DNA of 64,000 nucleotides from Octopus vulgaris. Taxonomy: Eukaryota. The stretch covers positions 87,110,001-87,174,000 of the forward strand of contig OX597821.1 in the NCBI GenBank assembly GCA_951406725.2, written 5' to 3'. Positions 1-12,611 of the stretch are shown in pieces. Positions within the stretch are counted from its first letter, which is position 1, and each line of letters opens with the position of its first letter. Under the pieces are notes generated by a model that was not told the DNA's origin, searched no databases, and worked only from the letters and a program-made list of their open reading frames with translations. The translations under genes and the position numbers were made by a program.

Positions 1-361
1 TCAGTAATACAAACACCCTGCTTTGTTTTTTTTGTTTTTTTTTGGTCTGAATCAAAGCATTCCATCAAAAGTTCTCACATGGTGCTACAAGCACATACAT
101 ATTGTTAGTGGATAAGAACTATCTGGCATGGGCACCAGCACAGCATGATCATGTGATTTCAGCATGCTGTGCTTCCTCAGTGACAAGTGTCTGCTTGCTG
201 CATACCAGCCAATGATATATAGAAAAACAATGACATTTCAGTCACTGATGCTGCAAATAGCCAGCAGGCTCTTTAAAAAATAAATATTAGCGATAGAAGC
301 AGTATTGATATAAAATAGTAACCTTTATATCCAATTTAATGTGGGTGTATTATTAGAACAT

Positions 362-649
362 GAAGGCACATGGTTTAGTGGTGAGGCTATTCGGCTCGTG
401 ATCGTAAAGTCGTGAGTTCAATTTCCAGCGATGTGTCGTGTCCTTGAGCAAGACACTTCATTTTACGTTGCTCCAATCCACTCAGCTGGCAAAAATGAGT
501 AGTACCTGTATTTCAAAGGGCCAGCCTTGTCCCACTCTGTGTCACACTGAATCTCCCTGAGAACTCCGTTAATTTCACAAGCTAGCTGTTCTGCTGTTCC
601 ATTGATTGGATCAACTGAGACCTTTGTCATCATCACTGACAGGGTGCCA
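362..649 (+). mobile_element. tRNA-headed CORE-type SINE carrying the family-A 3' tail
   Basis: A-box-like TGGTTTAGTGG and B-box-like GAGTTCAATT; CORE-like GTGTCCTTGAGCAAGACACTT...CACTCAGCTGGCAAAAATGAGT; from GTACCTGTATTTCAAAGGGCCAGCC onward it matches the tail of the SINEs at 1294 and 5312. Confidence 0.8.
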
Positions 650-732
650 TTTTATTATTATAAATAAATAACGGTGTTGCCCCAGCATGGCCGCGGCCTT
701 CGGGCTAAAACATTTTAAAGGATTTTAAGGAT

Positions 733-988
733 TTAAATGTGCCCATTTAAAGCCTAGCCAGGCTCATGGGCCCGGTTTCCCGGTTTCCATGGCGTATGTG
801 TTCCCCAGCTGGACAGGATGCCAGTCCATCGCACTGTTACTCATTTTTGCCACCTGAGTTGACTGGAGCAACGTGAAATGAAATGTTTTGCTCAAGAACA
901 CAATGCATTGCCCGGTCCAGTCCAGGAATCAAAACCACAATCTTACGATCATGATGCTGACACCCTAACCGCTAAGCCACGGCCTCCA
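733..988 (-). mobile_element. tRNA-headed CORE-type SINE with a different tail
   Basis: Reverse strand reads TGGAGGCCGTGGCTTAGCGGTTAGGG...GTGTTCTTGAGCAAAACATTTCATTTCACGTTGCTCCAGTCAACTCAGGTGGCAAAAATGAGT, the same core as 362-649 and 62448-62789, then an unrelated 3' part. Confidence 0.75.
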
Positions 989-1142
989 CACCATTTTATT
1001 ATTAGAACACCAAAAACTGTAGTATTTGGCATTCCATCAAAATTCCATGTTACATGTCAAACACCAGCTTAGTAGTGATTCCATCATGTCCTAAATTCTT
1101 CATTATTTTCAAAGCTAATTGAAACAAAGGCAGTGCATTTAA

Positions 1143-1796
1143 CCCTTTAGTATTTAAACCGACCACATCCGGCCAAAATAGCTAATCTGTTTTATGTTCA
1201 AACTGACCAGATCCAGGCTCTCACACCTACCCTACAATGTTATTCTACATTAAGTAATTACACCATCAACATCTTGAAGATATGAGATAATGCGGTGGAG
1301 GCGCAATGGCCCAGTGGTTAGGGCAGCGGACTCGCGGTCGTAGGATCAAGGTTTCGATTCCCAGACCAGGCATTGTGAGTGTTTATTGAGCGAAAACACC
1401 TAAAAGCTCCACGAGGCTCCGGCAAGGGATGGTGGTAAACCCTGCTGTACTCTTTCACCACAACTTTCTCTCACTCTTTCTTCCTGTTTCTGTTGTACCT
1501 GTATTTCAAAGGGCCAGCCTTGTCACACTCTGTGTCACGCTGAATCTCCTCGAGAACTACGTTAAGGGTACACGTGTCTGTGGAATGCTCAGCCACTTAC
1601 ATGTTAATTTCACGAGCAGGCTGTTCCATTGATTCGGATCAACCGGAACCCTCATCGTCGTAACCGACGGAGTGCTTCCACACATTAAGTAATTACACCA
1701 TCAAGATCTTGAGGATACGAGATAATGCATGATTAATTCAAATCAATGGGAATCAATAAGCATTATGTTTGATAGAATAATCTGAACACTAAAGGG
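1143..1796. mobile_element. piggyBac-type MITE (family P1) interrupted by a SINE
   Basis: TTAA|CCCTTTAGT ... ACTAAAGGG|TTAA: TTAA duplication (1139-1142, 1797-1800) and CCC...GGG inverted termini; related copy in opposite orientation at about 31333-31946. Confidence 0.8.
1294..1681 (+). mobile_element. tRNA-derived SINE family A, full length
   Basis: Head GTGGAGGCGCAATGGCCCAGTGGTTAGG...GGTTTCGATTCCC; near-identical to 5312-5699 and 30312-30699; flanked by a 47-bp direct repeat (1247-1293 / 1682-1728). Confidence 0.92.
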
Positions 1797-2049
1797 TTAA
1801 ATAGCACCAGGTAAGAAAAGGATTAAGGTACAACTCATTGCCATTAAAAAAAATTTCCAGAGCATCACACGGATATCTTCTTCCCCACACTGTTTAACTG
1901 ATGAAATTAGGCAGTTGTCTTTGGAGTAATTATTATAAACAAACAAATAAAAGTTTAAAATAGAAGAAAAGAAGATTGTGTTATTTTGGGTTACAGCTAT
2001 ATAGGTGGTCCGTTGCGAGTGAATGTGTGGTGTGTGTGCAATGAGTCTA

Positions 2050-2333
2050 CATACATACATATATACATACATGAATGCCTGCATACATACATGCAAACAT
2101 ACAAACACATACATACATACATACATGCATACATACATACATACATAAATACATACGTACATACATACATACATACATACATATATACATACATACATAC
2201 GTACGTACATACATACGTACGTACATACATACATACACACATACATACATACATACATATGTACATACATACATACATACATTCATGCATACATATATAC
2301 ATACATGAATGCATGCATACATGCAAACATACA

Positions 2334-2369
<36 letters not shown>

Positions 2370-2445
2370 TATATATGCCTATATATATATGCATGTATGT
2401 GTGTGTAAGTGATGGAACACACATACACTCATTGTAGGCCTGGGG

Positions 2446-2495
<50 letters not shown>
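2050..2495. repeat. (ATAC)n / (TA)n / (TG)n compound microsatellite
   Basis: Directly visible; source of the MYVC/HTYI ORFs. Confidence 0.95.
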
Positions 2496-2497
<2 letters not shown>

Positions 2498-2641
2498 ATA
2501 ACTTAAATCATCAATTGAAAAGTAATATCACCAAAATAACTTGTAATCAGTTAACATTACAACCATCACTATAACTACTGATAATAGTAGCAGTAATAGT
2601 AATAGTGGTGGTGTCGGTGGTGATAGTTAAGATTGCAAATA

Positions 2642-2679
<38 letters not shown>

Positions 2680-2772
2680 CTGTTGTTGCTACTGCTGCTG
2701 CTGCTGCTACTACTTTCACTATTCCTTTTACTGCTGTTGCTGCTGCTGCTGCTGCTGCTACTACTACTACTG

Positions 2773-2841
<69 letters not shown>

Positions 2842-2892
2842 TTAATACTCCAGCTACTGCTGCTGCTGCTACTATTACTACTTCTACTACTA
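2642..2892. repeat. (CTA)n/(CTG)n trinucleotide microsatellite
   Basis: Directly visible; source of the poly-S/L/Y ORFs. Confidence 0.95.
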
Positions 2893-3684
2893 GCCATTCA
2901 CCATCACCATTAAAAAAATTCTTTTGCTCTAAATGAATTTTATGTGTGTGTGTGTGTATATATATACATATATATATATATGTATATATAATGAAACAGC
3001 ATTCTTTTGTCAGAAAGAATTTCTAATATTATAGATAGGGGTAATGTTTACTTAGGGTGTGAGCCATGAAGTAATTACTTTATATAGAGATATCCTATTA
3101 TGGTGCTGCCCCTCTGTAAATAATGATGCCAGAGATCAGACTCCCTTCCACCCTTACTTTCCTTTTCTTAATCATTCTCATCATTGTAAATGCTTTAATT
3201 ATTATCATTTTCATAAAACCAACCCCATCACCATTACCGACATCAGCATCATCACTACTATGATTATCACCATCATCATCATCATCATCATCATCGTTAC
3301 TGTCGTCACCGCCTACCCTTCCACTCACCATCATCATCACCATCATCATGACTGTCATTATTTCCTACCCTTTCTATCACGACGACGACGACCACCACCA
3401 CCACCACCTTATATGGTATGCAGTTCTATAATTGGGTTTAAAACACATATTAAAATGAATAAAATAAACACTTAAAAACAATGAAACAATAAAGAAATAT
3501 AAATAATGTTATTTACTTTTTGGGTTTCCTATATTTTTGCTTTGTTGGTCAAAGGTCACAGAGACACAAAGTTTGGTTCAAGCTGCAAAAAAAGGAAGAA
3601 GAATCTATTAGGTACAATAATGACAACAAATAGCAAGCATCATCATCATCATCATCATCATCATCAACAACAACTGAACATAAC

Positions 3685-3728
<44 letters not shown>

Positions 3729-4493
3729 TAAGGTTGAAGAAAAAGTTTGTGTGCTGTGTTACAAGAATGCTGTTTAATATATTTTTGTGGTGTGTGTGGT
3801 CATTCAGTTCATGTCATGTTCTGACTCGCTGTTGAAAAGTACCCAAGACTTGTTCGTTGAAAACGTCCTTTATTTCAGCAAGGCCAGCAGTTGAGGCGCA
3901 ATGGCCCAATGGCTAGGGGAGCAGACTCGCGGTTGTAGGATTGCGGTTTCGATTCCCAGACTGGGCGTTGTGTGTGTTTATTGAGTGAAAACACCTAAAG
4001 CTCCGCAAGGCTCCGGCAGGGGGTGGTGGCAACCCCTGTTGTACTCTTTTGCTCCAAGGGACTTGACCTGCTTTCTCTTCTGCAGGTATTAAGAATAGCA
4101 AAGGACCACGTTTCGGACTTCTCCCATCTTGCGAGCTCTGGGACGGAGACCGTTCGCTCAACAGCAACAGCAGCAAGACCAGCAACAAGATTAAAGAATT
4201 GGATAGTGCCGCAGCCAGTTTAACTGCGGTCTCTTGTGATCAATGCAGCACTTTATGAAAGGCCACTGATTTGAGTCATTTGACGAAGTTGAAGAAGCCT
4301 GTCAAGAATTTTGCAATTCAAAGCTGAAGAATTGGTACTTTGACCAAATCCGAAAGCTTGCAGATCATTGGCAGAACACCATGGGAAAAGATGGTCTTTA
4401 TTTTGAAGGATAGTTGTTGTTGTTTTTGAATAAATTCTTGCATAAAAGATCATTATTTTAACACGGCGCACAAACTGTTTCCTCAGCCTAGTA
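3729..4493 (+). mobile_element. Internally deleted mariner (Tc1/mariner) DNA transposon
   Basis: Imperfect ~30-bp TIRs (TAAGGTTGAAGAAAAAGTTTGTGTGCTGTGTT at 3729-3760; AACACGGCGCACAAACTGTTTCCTCAGCCTA at 4460-4490). About 4243-4413 translates to MQHFMKGH*FESFDEVEEACQEFCNSKLKNWYFDQIRKLADHWQNTMGKDGLYFEG*, the typical mariner transposase C-terminus (F.S..EV...F.SK...Y...I..L...W......G.YFE). Confidence 0.85.
3890..4170 (+). mobile_element. SINE with family-A head and an alternative tail, nested in the mariner
   Basis: Matches SINE A up to TGTACTCTTT (about 4050), then diverges; flanked by CAGCAAGGCCAGCA (3876-3889) / CAGCAAGACCAGCA (4171-4184). Confidence 0.8.
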
Positions 4494-4494
4494 A

Positions 4495-5131
4495 TAATGG
4501 TTTCAAACTTTGGCATAAAGCCAGCAAGTTCGGTGAAGGGGAACTAGTCACTTTCATCGACCCCAGTGCTCTACTGGCACTTATTTTACTGACTCCGAAA
4601 AGATGAAAGGTAAAGTCGACCTCGGTGGAATTTGAACTCAGAACGTAAGGACAGACGAAATGCCACTAAGCATATTGCCCAGGATTCTAACAATTCTGCC
4701 AGCTTGCTGCCGTAACAATAATAATCCGCTCTACTATCGGCACAAAGCCTGAAATTTAGGGAAGGGGGACTAGTCTATTACATTGACCCTAGTACTCAAT
4801 TGGTACTTATTTTATCAACCCCGAAAGGATGACAGGCAAAGTTGACCTCAGCAGAATTTGGACTCAGAATGTAAAGATGGACCAAATGCCACTAAACATT
4901 TTGCCCGGCATGCTAACGATTCTGCCAGCTTGCCACCTTAATAATAATAATAATTATTATTATTGTTATTACTCTCAGCACAAGGCCTTAAAAATTTTTG
5001 GGGAAGGGGGCTAGTCAATTACATTGACCCTAGTGCATAATTGGTACTTATTTCATCAACCCCGAAAGGATGAAGGGCAATGTCGACCTTGGCAGAATTT
5101 GAACTCAGAACGTAGAGGCTGATGAAATACC
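4495..5131 (-). mobile_element. Three adjacent diverged SINE family C copies (alternative-tail variants)
   Basis: Three occurrences of CCCGAAAGGATGA.AGGCAAAGTCGACCTCGGC.GAATTTGAACTCAGAAC-like sequence at about 4595, 4820 and 5060, separated by (AAT)n. Confidence 0.85.
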
Positions 5132-5311
5132 ATAATCTTAGTGTATTGCAAAAATCGGCTTTACTTGGAACAGCACAAATACTGTGTAAAGTACTGTTGA
5201 TAGACGGTACAAATCCCTGATGTCTTCAATAATAATAATGATACGCATACGTGCACGCACACACACACACACACACAGCTACTTGACACTGACTGATTAG
5301 TGTATCTGAGT

Positions 5312-5699
5312 CGTGGAGGCGCAATGGCCCAGTGGTTAGGACAGCGGACTCGCGGTCATAGGATCGCGGTTTCGATTCCCAGACCGGGCGTTGTGAGTGT
5401 TTATTGAGCGAAAACACCTAAAGTTCCACGAGGCTCCGGCAGGGGATGGTGGTGATCCCTGCTGTACTCTTTCACCACAACTTTCTCTCACTCTTTCTTC
5501 CTGTTTCTGTTGTACCTGTATTTCAAAGGGCTGGCCTTGTCACACTCTGTGTCACACTGAATATCCCCGAGAACTACGTTAAGGGTACACGTGTCTGTGG
5601 AGTGCTCAGCCACTTACACGTTAATTTAACGAGCAGGCTGTTCCGTTGATTCGGATCAACCGGAACCCTCATCGTCGTAACCGACGGAGTGCTTCCAAA
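5312..5699 (+). mobile_element. SINE family A, full length
   Basis: Near-identical to 1294-1681; 31-bp direct repeat at 5281-5311 / 5700-5730. Confidence 0.92.
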
Positions 5700-7107
5700 A
5701 CTTGACACTGACTGATTAGTGCATCTGAGTAAGACAATGCACCAATCTGTTGATTTTGACACAAATTACAAACTAATTGACAAATAAAAGAGATTCTTAA
5801 TCAAATTTCACTAAATTAGAAATTACGGTCATTTGTCCAATTCAAAACGTCAGAGACAAATCAAAATTCTTTATATTGCCCTCTGTTGATATAATGGAGA
5901 AAAGTCAAATTTTTTAACTCTTGCAATATCAAACTGAAGATGACCACATGAAAACAAACGTTTCACGTGGCGGGTTTATCTACAAGTACAGTCCAACAAT
6001 TTTGAACAACTGTCCTTGTGATGTACTGACGATCGCAGCTATTTTGAGAAATAGCATCTAAATCTCTTTCAAACATACCCAACTTTATGCCAAGACAAGA
6101 AACGAAGAAAGACAGAACGTTGAAAAAGAGAACTATCAGCAAAAAGTAGAAATACGTATAATTGGGAAAATATCGTGGTGTCAGTAACAGAAAGATTACG
6201 TTTGAGTGATGTTAAACTCTTTGTTTTTCTTCCAAATTCAGTTTCTCTTTAATCTTTCTTTTTCTCTTGTTATCCCTGCCTCCCCTCTCTCTCTCTCTCT
6301 CTCTCTCTCGCTTGATGAGTTGAAAAAAATGAGGGACAGTCGTGAAGAGAGAGAACAGGTGGAAAAAGAGGAAGAGTTATATATCGGTTTGTCTACGTTT
6401 TCATTGCTATCACCCAGGGTAGCTTTTAAAATTATCATTGGATTTCATTTGCTTGAACTTCGTAGAGTACGCTTGTATAAAATTAATTCTTAAACATTAG
6501 ATTTGGGTCCTCCACCTTCCATGTAACAACACGTTTAGCACTTCAACGGATCATGTACTAACAAAGCGTTATTGGAGGGTGAGTCAGAAAGTAAACCAAC
6601 CTTTATTTGTATTACTTTCTGAGTCAGTCTCGTAAATGTTAACGGAAATAGAAAAGGATTCAAAAGCAAGGAGCCTCAAAATGGTACACCAAACGGCAAA
6701 AGTAACTAGCAGCTCGGTCTCAAAATATTGTGGTCATATCTGATGAAATAGCGGTCGTTTCATAGTTTCCGAATGCTGGACAGACATACATTCTGATAAA
6801 TCGTGTGTGTGTAACACGTTTCTTGTCACAATTGGACAAAACCTTTTTTTAACCACAGTGAACGATTGATATCATCGTCCGTGCTTATGTTTAGTAGCTT
6901 CCACAGTAGAAAGACACGCATATAACCTCAGCTAGCGCTCATGACACCTTCCCTATAAGTACAGCGTTAGATGAAACAATGTGATTCGGGGTCATTATAG
7001 CATAACCTAATTAGAGCCACAAGATTGAGAGGGTATTTTCAATAAGTGAAATACTCACAAATATAGGTCATAGACATAGCTGAACAATTGAAAAATTCAG
7101 AGACTTG

Positions 7108-7519
7108 GGATCTTTTCGGTTTGACCGGCAGTTTTTAAAAATAATTTCCACGTAACTAAACACTTTTAAACTTCGTATACTGGTAAAATGTGTTTATAAA
7201 ACATCTTTTTCTCTTGGCTTTATTGAGAAAATTCTATGGTTCGTAAGATATTTGTTGTTGTTTTTTCTTCAATTTCTGCAATTTCAGCCAATCAATGGAC
7301 GTCTATTGAGGTGAGAACATTCTGTGCCGTATGAATATGTCTCTCGTTTAAGAAACAGATTGGGTTTATTTACATTTCTGAAGAAAAATAATACCCTTCC
7401 CCCTAACCCTAACCCTAAAACAGATTGAAACGCAATAGATCGATACTAGGGTCATAATTGTGGGTGACAATTTCATATGACACCGCTAGAAAAAACTGCT
7501 GTTCAAACCGAAAAGATCC
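7108..7519 (+). mobile_element. MITE with GGATCTTTTCGGTTTGAA TIRs and 8-bp TSD (Merlin-like), containing (CCCTAA)3
   Basis: ~29-bp TIRs; perfect TSD GAGACTTG (7100-7107 / 7520-7527). GG termini plus an 8-bp TSD fit the Merlin superfamily, but the superfamily call is inference. Confidence 0.88.
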
Positions 7520-7608
7520 GAGACTTGTTGTACCATCCAAACACTTAATAACTTTCAATAAAATTATAAAATAGACAGAAAGCTTAATTAATTAAGATCT
7601 AATGGATC

Positions 7609-7912
7609 CCAGGACTAATTCTTTGTAAGTGTAGTACTTATTCTATCGGTTTCTTTTGCGCCGAACCGCTAAGTTATGGGGACCTAAACACACCAACATC
7701 GGTTGTAAAGCGATGAGGGGCGGGGAGGGGACATAGACACAAAAACACACACACTCATATTATATATATATGACGGGCTTCTTTCAGCTTTCGTCTACTA
7801 AATCCACTCACAAAGCTTTGATCGGCTCGAGGCTATAGTAAAAGCAGTTGGACCGAACCTGGAACCATGTGGTTGGGAAGCAAGTTTCTTACCACATAGC
7901 CACGCCTATGCC
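7609..7912 (-). mobile_element. SINE family B, partial
   Basis: Contains AGTACTTATTCTATCGG...CCGAACCGCTAAGTTA...CTTCTTTCAG...AAATCCACTCACAA...GGAACCATGTGGTTGG, shared with many copies in the window. Confidence 0.85.
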
Positions 7913-8151
7913 TATTTTATTTACCCCCACGAAATACTCAGAAAAGTAGAGTTAACTGCTTGACCTTTCAATTAACAAACAAGCATTAATAGGGGATTGA
8001 ATAGCTCTGTTGAATTTTGGAGTGACTGTAGAACAGTTCTTGATAGCAGTCCTAGTTTACGACTTGTTCTTACTTAATCAATCTCAGAACGACGAAAGAG
8101 GAAAGTCATTTTCGATAAGATTTGAATTCAGAATTAGCGGTATTTAAGATA

Positions 8152-8384
8152 CCTATTTCTTTACTACCCACAAAGGGGCTAAACACAGAGGAGACAAGCA
8201 AGGACAGACAAACGGATTAAGTCGATTATATTGACCCCAGTGCGTAACTGGTACTTATTTAATCGACCCCGAAAGGATGAAAGGCAAAGTCGACCTCGGC
8301 GGAATTTGAACTCAGAACGTAACGGCAGACGAAATACGGCTACGCATTTCGCCCGGCGTGCTAACGTTTCTGCCAGCTCGCCGC
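8152..8384 (-). mobile_element. SINE family C, full length
   Basis: Reverse of GGCGAGCTGGCAGAAACGTTAGCACGCCGGGCGAAATG...GCCTTTCATCCTTTCGGGGTCGAT...GTTTAGCCCCTTGTGGG...AAAGAAATAGG. Confidence 0.9.
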
Positions 8385-8865
8385 TAGTCCGACGTCAAAT
8401 CCTTAACAAAAGTGGGTCAAAAAAAAAAGAAAACCATTAGGACGGTAATTTTTTGTTGTTGTACCTCGGGACGGTCAGTATGTCAATAACAAACACACGC
8501 ACTAGTTCTATTTCACTTCTTTATTAGTCGTTAATTGGTTAACTACTTACCCAACTACCTAATCGGTTGTTTAGTTAACCATTTGGTTGTTGAATTAGTC
8601 ATGGTTATCAAAGACATTTCGTCTCCATATGTGACCTCTTCAACGATATACTCTTTCGACATAGAATGTTCACAAGAAATGCTGTTCCCCACTCACTTCC
8701 ACACAAATGTATACATAATAATATCAGCTTTGTTTGAAAGTACTTAATACCCAAATTATTATCAGAATGAATATTTCAAGCTGAAAGATTCAACGTAATT
8801 TGCTACTTATTCCAAATATTTTGTTGGGAGCGGTTTTTACAGCAACTGTACAACACATAACTATA

Positions 8866-8881
8866 GCTATCTATCTGTCTG

Positions 8882-8977
<96 letters not shown>

Positions 8978-9025
8978 CCTACCTACCTACCTACCTACCT
9001 ACCTACCTACCTACCTACCGATCTA

Positions 9026-9062
<37 letters not shown>

Positions 9063-9079
9063 ATGTCTGTCTGTCTGAC

Positions 9080-9172
<93 letters not shown>

Positions 9173-9272
9173 GTCTATCTATCTATATATCTATCTGTCT
9201 ATATATCTATCTGTCTATCTATCTATCTGTCTGTCTCTCTATCTACTGTGTGTGTGTGTGTGTGTGTGTGTA
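8866..9272. repeat. (ATCT)n-(ACCT)n-(GTCT)n-(TG)n compound microsatellite
   Basis: Directly visible. Confidence 0.95.
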
Positions 9273-10022
9273 TGTACGTAAGCACCACCCACGTTGATAC
9301 GGAATCCTACGTTCCTCACTTATCTTACCATAATGCAAAATTCTGCAAGGCGATGTTCATTTCCACCCCCACCCCCACCCCACTTATTTCCATGTCATAA
9401 AATGAGATGTTGCACCAACAAATTTATTTCGAGGGGGGGGGGGAGTAGAAAAAACAACAACAACAACAACAACAACAACAAAAAAGAAATAAAGCAAAAA
9501 AAAAAAAAAAAAAACGAAACCTACCAGCACCCTTAATGCACGTAGTACAATATGAATGCATGAAACAAAAAAAAAAAAAAAAAAAAACAAAAAACAAAAA
9601 AAAACATTTGAAGGGAACTGATAAGCCGAATGAATAAGAATTCAATAATAATCGCAGAATAGAGTATGTCCACATTACAAAAAGCCAAAAACCAAAAAAA
9701 AACTGCAGTGTGATCGGAGGTGTTGCAATGGAAGTTATTTGAAGGAAGAAGAGCATTATTCTCTTTAGATCATTATCAGGCTGCAAGAGCGAAGAACTTA
9801 TCCAATATTATTTGATGTTTTACTAACGCAAAAAATGAAAAATGAAAAAACTGAAAAACAGTGGAAGAATGATGTCAAGAGGCGTGAGTTGGGGGCGATG
9901 CGGGTGATTCATACAGTGCAAATGGGATGCATGATTAAAGTTTATAGCATGACCCAGAACAGTTGAATTGGTGCACAAAACAGAGAAGTGGGGGGGGGGG
10001 GCACGGGGGAGGGGGGGTGTTG

Positions 10023-10248
10023 GCGAGCTGGCAGAAACGTTAGCACGTCGGGCGAAATGCTTAGCGGTATTTCGTCTGCCGTTACGTTGTGAGTTCAAAT
10101 TCCGCTGAGGTCGACTTTACCTTTCATCCTTTCGGGGTCGATAAATTAAGTACCAGTTACGCACTGGGGTCGATGTAATCGACTTAATACCTATGTCTGT
10201 CCTTGTTTGTCCCTTCTATGTTTAACCCCTTGTGGGTAATAAAGAAAT
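10023..10248 (+). mobile_element. SINE family C, full length
   Basis: Colinear with 8152-8384, 21269-21590 and 29679-29907. Confidence 0.9.
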
Positions 10249-10272
10249 GGGTAGGTGTTGGCGAGTATGTTG

Positions 10273-10330
<58 letters not shown>

Positions 10331-10332
10331 GA

Positions 10333-10830
10333 CATTGTTTTGTCTTGCTATAAAAGATGGGCTGCAGCAAATATTCTGCTGAATACCACAGATTTGCTTG
10401 TCAGTTGTTTGGCCTAAACCAGTTGAGCATGTCCTTTAGTGACTGACGATATGTGCATCTCTGATCACGAGCAGAAGTAGTTGGGGAGCATCATAGCCAT
10501 GTGTTGAAAGGAATTCTAGGAGGTTTGGATAATTCACCTTTGGAAACATGGGTGGCTCGTTCAACATCCTTAAAGAACCTTTATTCAGGGACCTTTTGAG
10601 CGGAATGTGCTACTCGACCAGAAGAAAAATCTGACTGGGCCCCACCTGCAAAGTCATGCGCTGTTTATCTTGATATGAGATCACCATGTCGCGCACATAT
10701 GGTTGTGATGCATGTGTCTGGTGTACCCTTATCAGACGGGTAGTCGTGATGGGTATACTGGGCTTTGTATATTTTACCCCAGTATCACTTTGATGGCATG
10801 CACTGCTCTCTGATTCAATAATAATAATGA
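10333..10830 (+). mobile_element. Probable 5'-truncated LINE 3' UTR ending in (AAT)n
   Basis: Complex sequence of higher GC than its surroundings, bounded by (AAT)n on both sides and ending CTCTCTGATTCAATAATAAT; no second copy or ORF here to confirm it. Confidence 0.45.
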
Positions 10831-10852
10831 TAATGAGTATGATGATGATGAT

Positions 10853-11158
10853 TTTATTTATTTGCAACAAAGGGTTAAAAATGAAGGGGACAATACAAAG
10901 ACAGATATAAAATGGGGAGGTTTACTTATAATGAAATGATTAAAAAGAAAAGGAAGAAAGTACACACTGGAAAAGAAGGGACATATGCATAGCATACAAA
11001 GGTTTAAAAAGGGGTTGGGAAGGATGATGGAGATGTAGCCCTCTGATACAGGAAGGCCTTGTAGGGATAATCGAATAAGAGGAAGAGAGAAAACAAGGTA
11101 GGTATTGGCAAAAGTGTTGGTGAGAGAGGAACGACAAATAAAACGGAGAAAAAAATAC
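10853..11158 (-). mobile_element. Probable LINE 3' end whose terminus resembles the SINE C tail
   Basis: Minus strand ends TTGTCCCCTTCATTTTTAACCCTTTGTTGCAAATAAATAA, similar to the SINE C tail TTGTCCCCTCTATGTTTAGCCCCTTGTGGG.AATAAAGAAAT; pyrimidine-rich body. Confidence 0.4.
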
Positions 11159-11544
11159 GGATCTTTTCGGTTTGAACGGCAGTTTTTTCCAGCGGTGTCA
11201 TATGAAATTGTCACCCATAATTATGACCCTAGTATCGATCTATTGCATTTCAATCTATTGCATTTCAATCTATTTTAGGGTTAGGGTTAGGGATGGGGGG
11301 AAGGGTATCTTTTTTTCTTCACAAATGTAAATAAACCCAATCTGTTTCTTAAACGAGGGACATATTCATATGGCACAGAATGTTTTTACCTCAATAGACG
11401 TCATTGATTGGTTGAAATTGCAGAAATTGAAGAAAAAAAAATCTTACAAGCAATAGAATTTTCTCAATAAAACCAAGAGAGAAAGATGTTTTATAAACAC
11501 ATTCTACCAGTATACGAAGTTTAAAATTTTTTAGTTACGTGGAA
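11159..11544 (-). mobile_element. Merlin-like MITE, one end missing, with (TTAGGG)3
   Basis: Reverse-complement match to 7108-7519; one TIR at 11159, the other absent. Confidence 0.88.
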
Positions 11545-12152
11545 AAGATGCAAAAATACATTTAAAGAATTGAATTGGTAAGCTATAAGCAACAAAAACA
11601 TACAGAGAATGGGGGAGGAGGAAGATATGGGAGGGGAGAAAGGAGGTTAAGCCGAGAATTTTAAAATGTCACACTAAATACATATTATCTTTTATCTTTT
11701 AATTATTTCAGTTACTAGACTGCGGCCATGCTGGGGCACTGCTTTCAAGAACTTAGGTCAATATAAAGATCCTCACCCGGTAACAAAAACAAAAATTAAC
11801 CAGCCTAGTGTGTGTGTGTGTGTGTGGGGGGGGGGTTAACAAGTATGTGGAAAACGAATAAGAAAAAAAAAATGCGCGTTGACGACGCTGTGGTGGAGAG
11901 GAGACTTTCGGAAAATTCACAAGATCCGATTTTTCCGTCATAACTTCCGGTAAGATTGATATATATTGATCTTCTTTACGGAATTCCACGTTTTTGGTTA
12001 TGGAGGATCCGATTATGAAAAAATAATTTTCTTTTTGCGAAATACGTAGAAAAAACGAAGATTATGATTCTGAATAAAACTGGTTTGTAAAATTTCAATT
12101 TTTCAAAAAAAAAAAAAAAAATAAATAAATAAATAAAAAAAGAAAAAGAAAA

Positions 12153-12308
12153 TATGATGGATTTCTTTCAGTTTTCGTCTACCAAATTCGCTCACAAGGA
12201 TTTGGTCGGTCTGAAGTAGAAACCACATGCCGAAGGTGCCACGCCGTGGGACTGAATCCGGGACCATGTAATTGAGAAACAACCTTCTTACCACACAGCA
12301 ACGCCTGC
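12153..12308 (-). mobile_element. SINE B 5' fragment (variant)
   Basis: Matches the SINE B head and shares private changes with 14771-14875. Confidence 0.8.
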
Positions 12309-12611
12309 GTCATATGTGCACCTTGATTATAGTTTTTTTTTGTTTTAAATTGTGAAAATTTATGGGAATTTCGGAAAAGCCGTATTACAGGCTGTATCCC
12401 GAAATTATTATTATTTTACATAAGTATAGGATTTCTTAACCAGAGTTTCTGGAATATCGGTGTAAACACACACACGTTGTTGATTATTATTTCTTTGTGG
12501 TTCTCAAACGTTCTCACCGTCACTATTTTACTTTCTTCAAGAAAATGATTTCTTCTGTGAATTTCTCATTCTCCACAAAGCTCTGAGTATTGGCTAGGTC
12601 GGTGTTTATCG

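Noticed and set aside
1429-1632. Recurrent 60-90-aa ORFs (MVVIPAVLF..., MSSNARGT..., MTPVRNWY...)
   Set aside because: They recur only because they lie within SINE copies; frames are not preserved between copies.
1797-2913. Long ORFs rich in MYVC, HTYI, poly-S/L/Y (also at 27615, 44779, 47291, 58251, 61531 and elsewhere)
   Set aside because: Stop-free readings of microsatellites, not genes.
4060-4090. Strong splice-acceptor-like CTTTCTCTTCTGCAG
   Set aside because: Lies inside a SINE bounded by TSDs; no supporting exon, though exonisation cannot be excluded.
7400-7420. (CCCTAA)n as a true telomere or chromosome fusion site
   Set aside because: Short and internal to a MITE at the same position in three copies.
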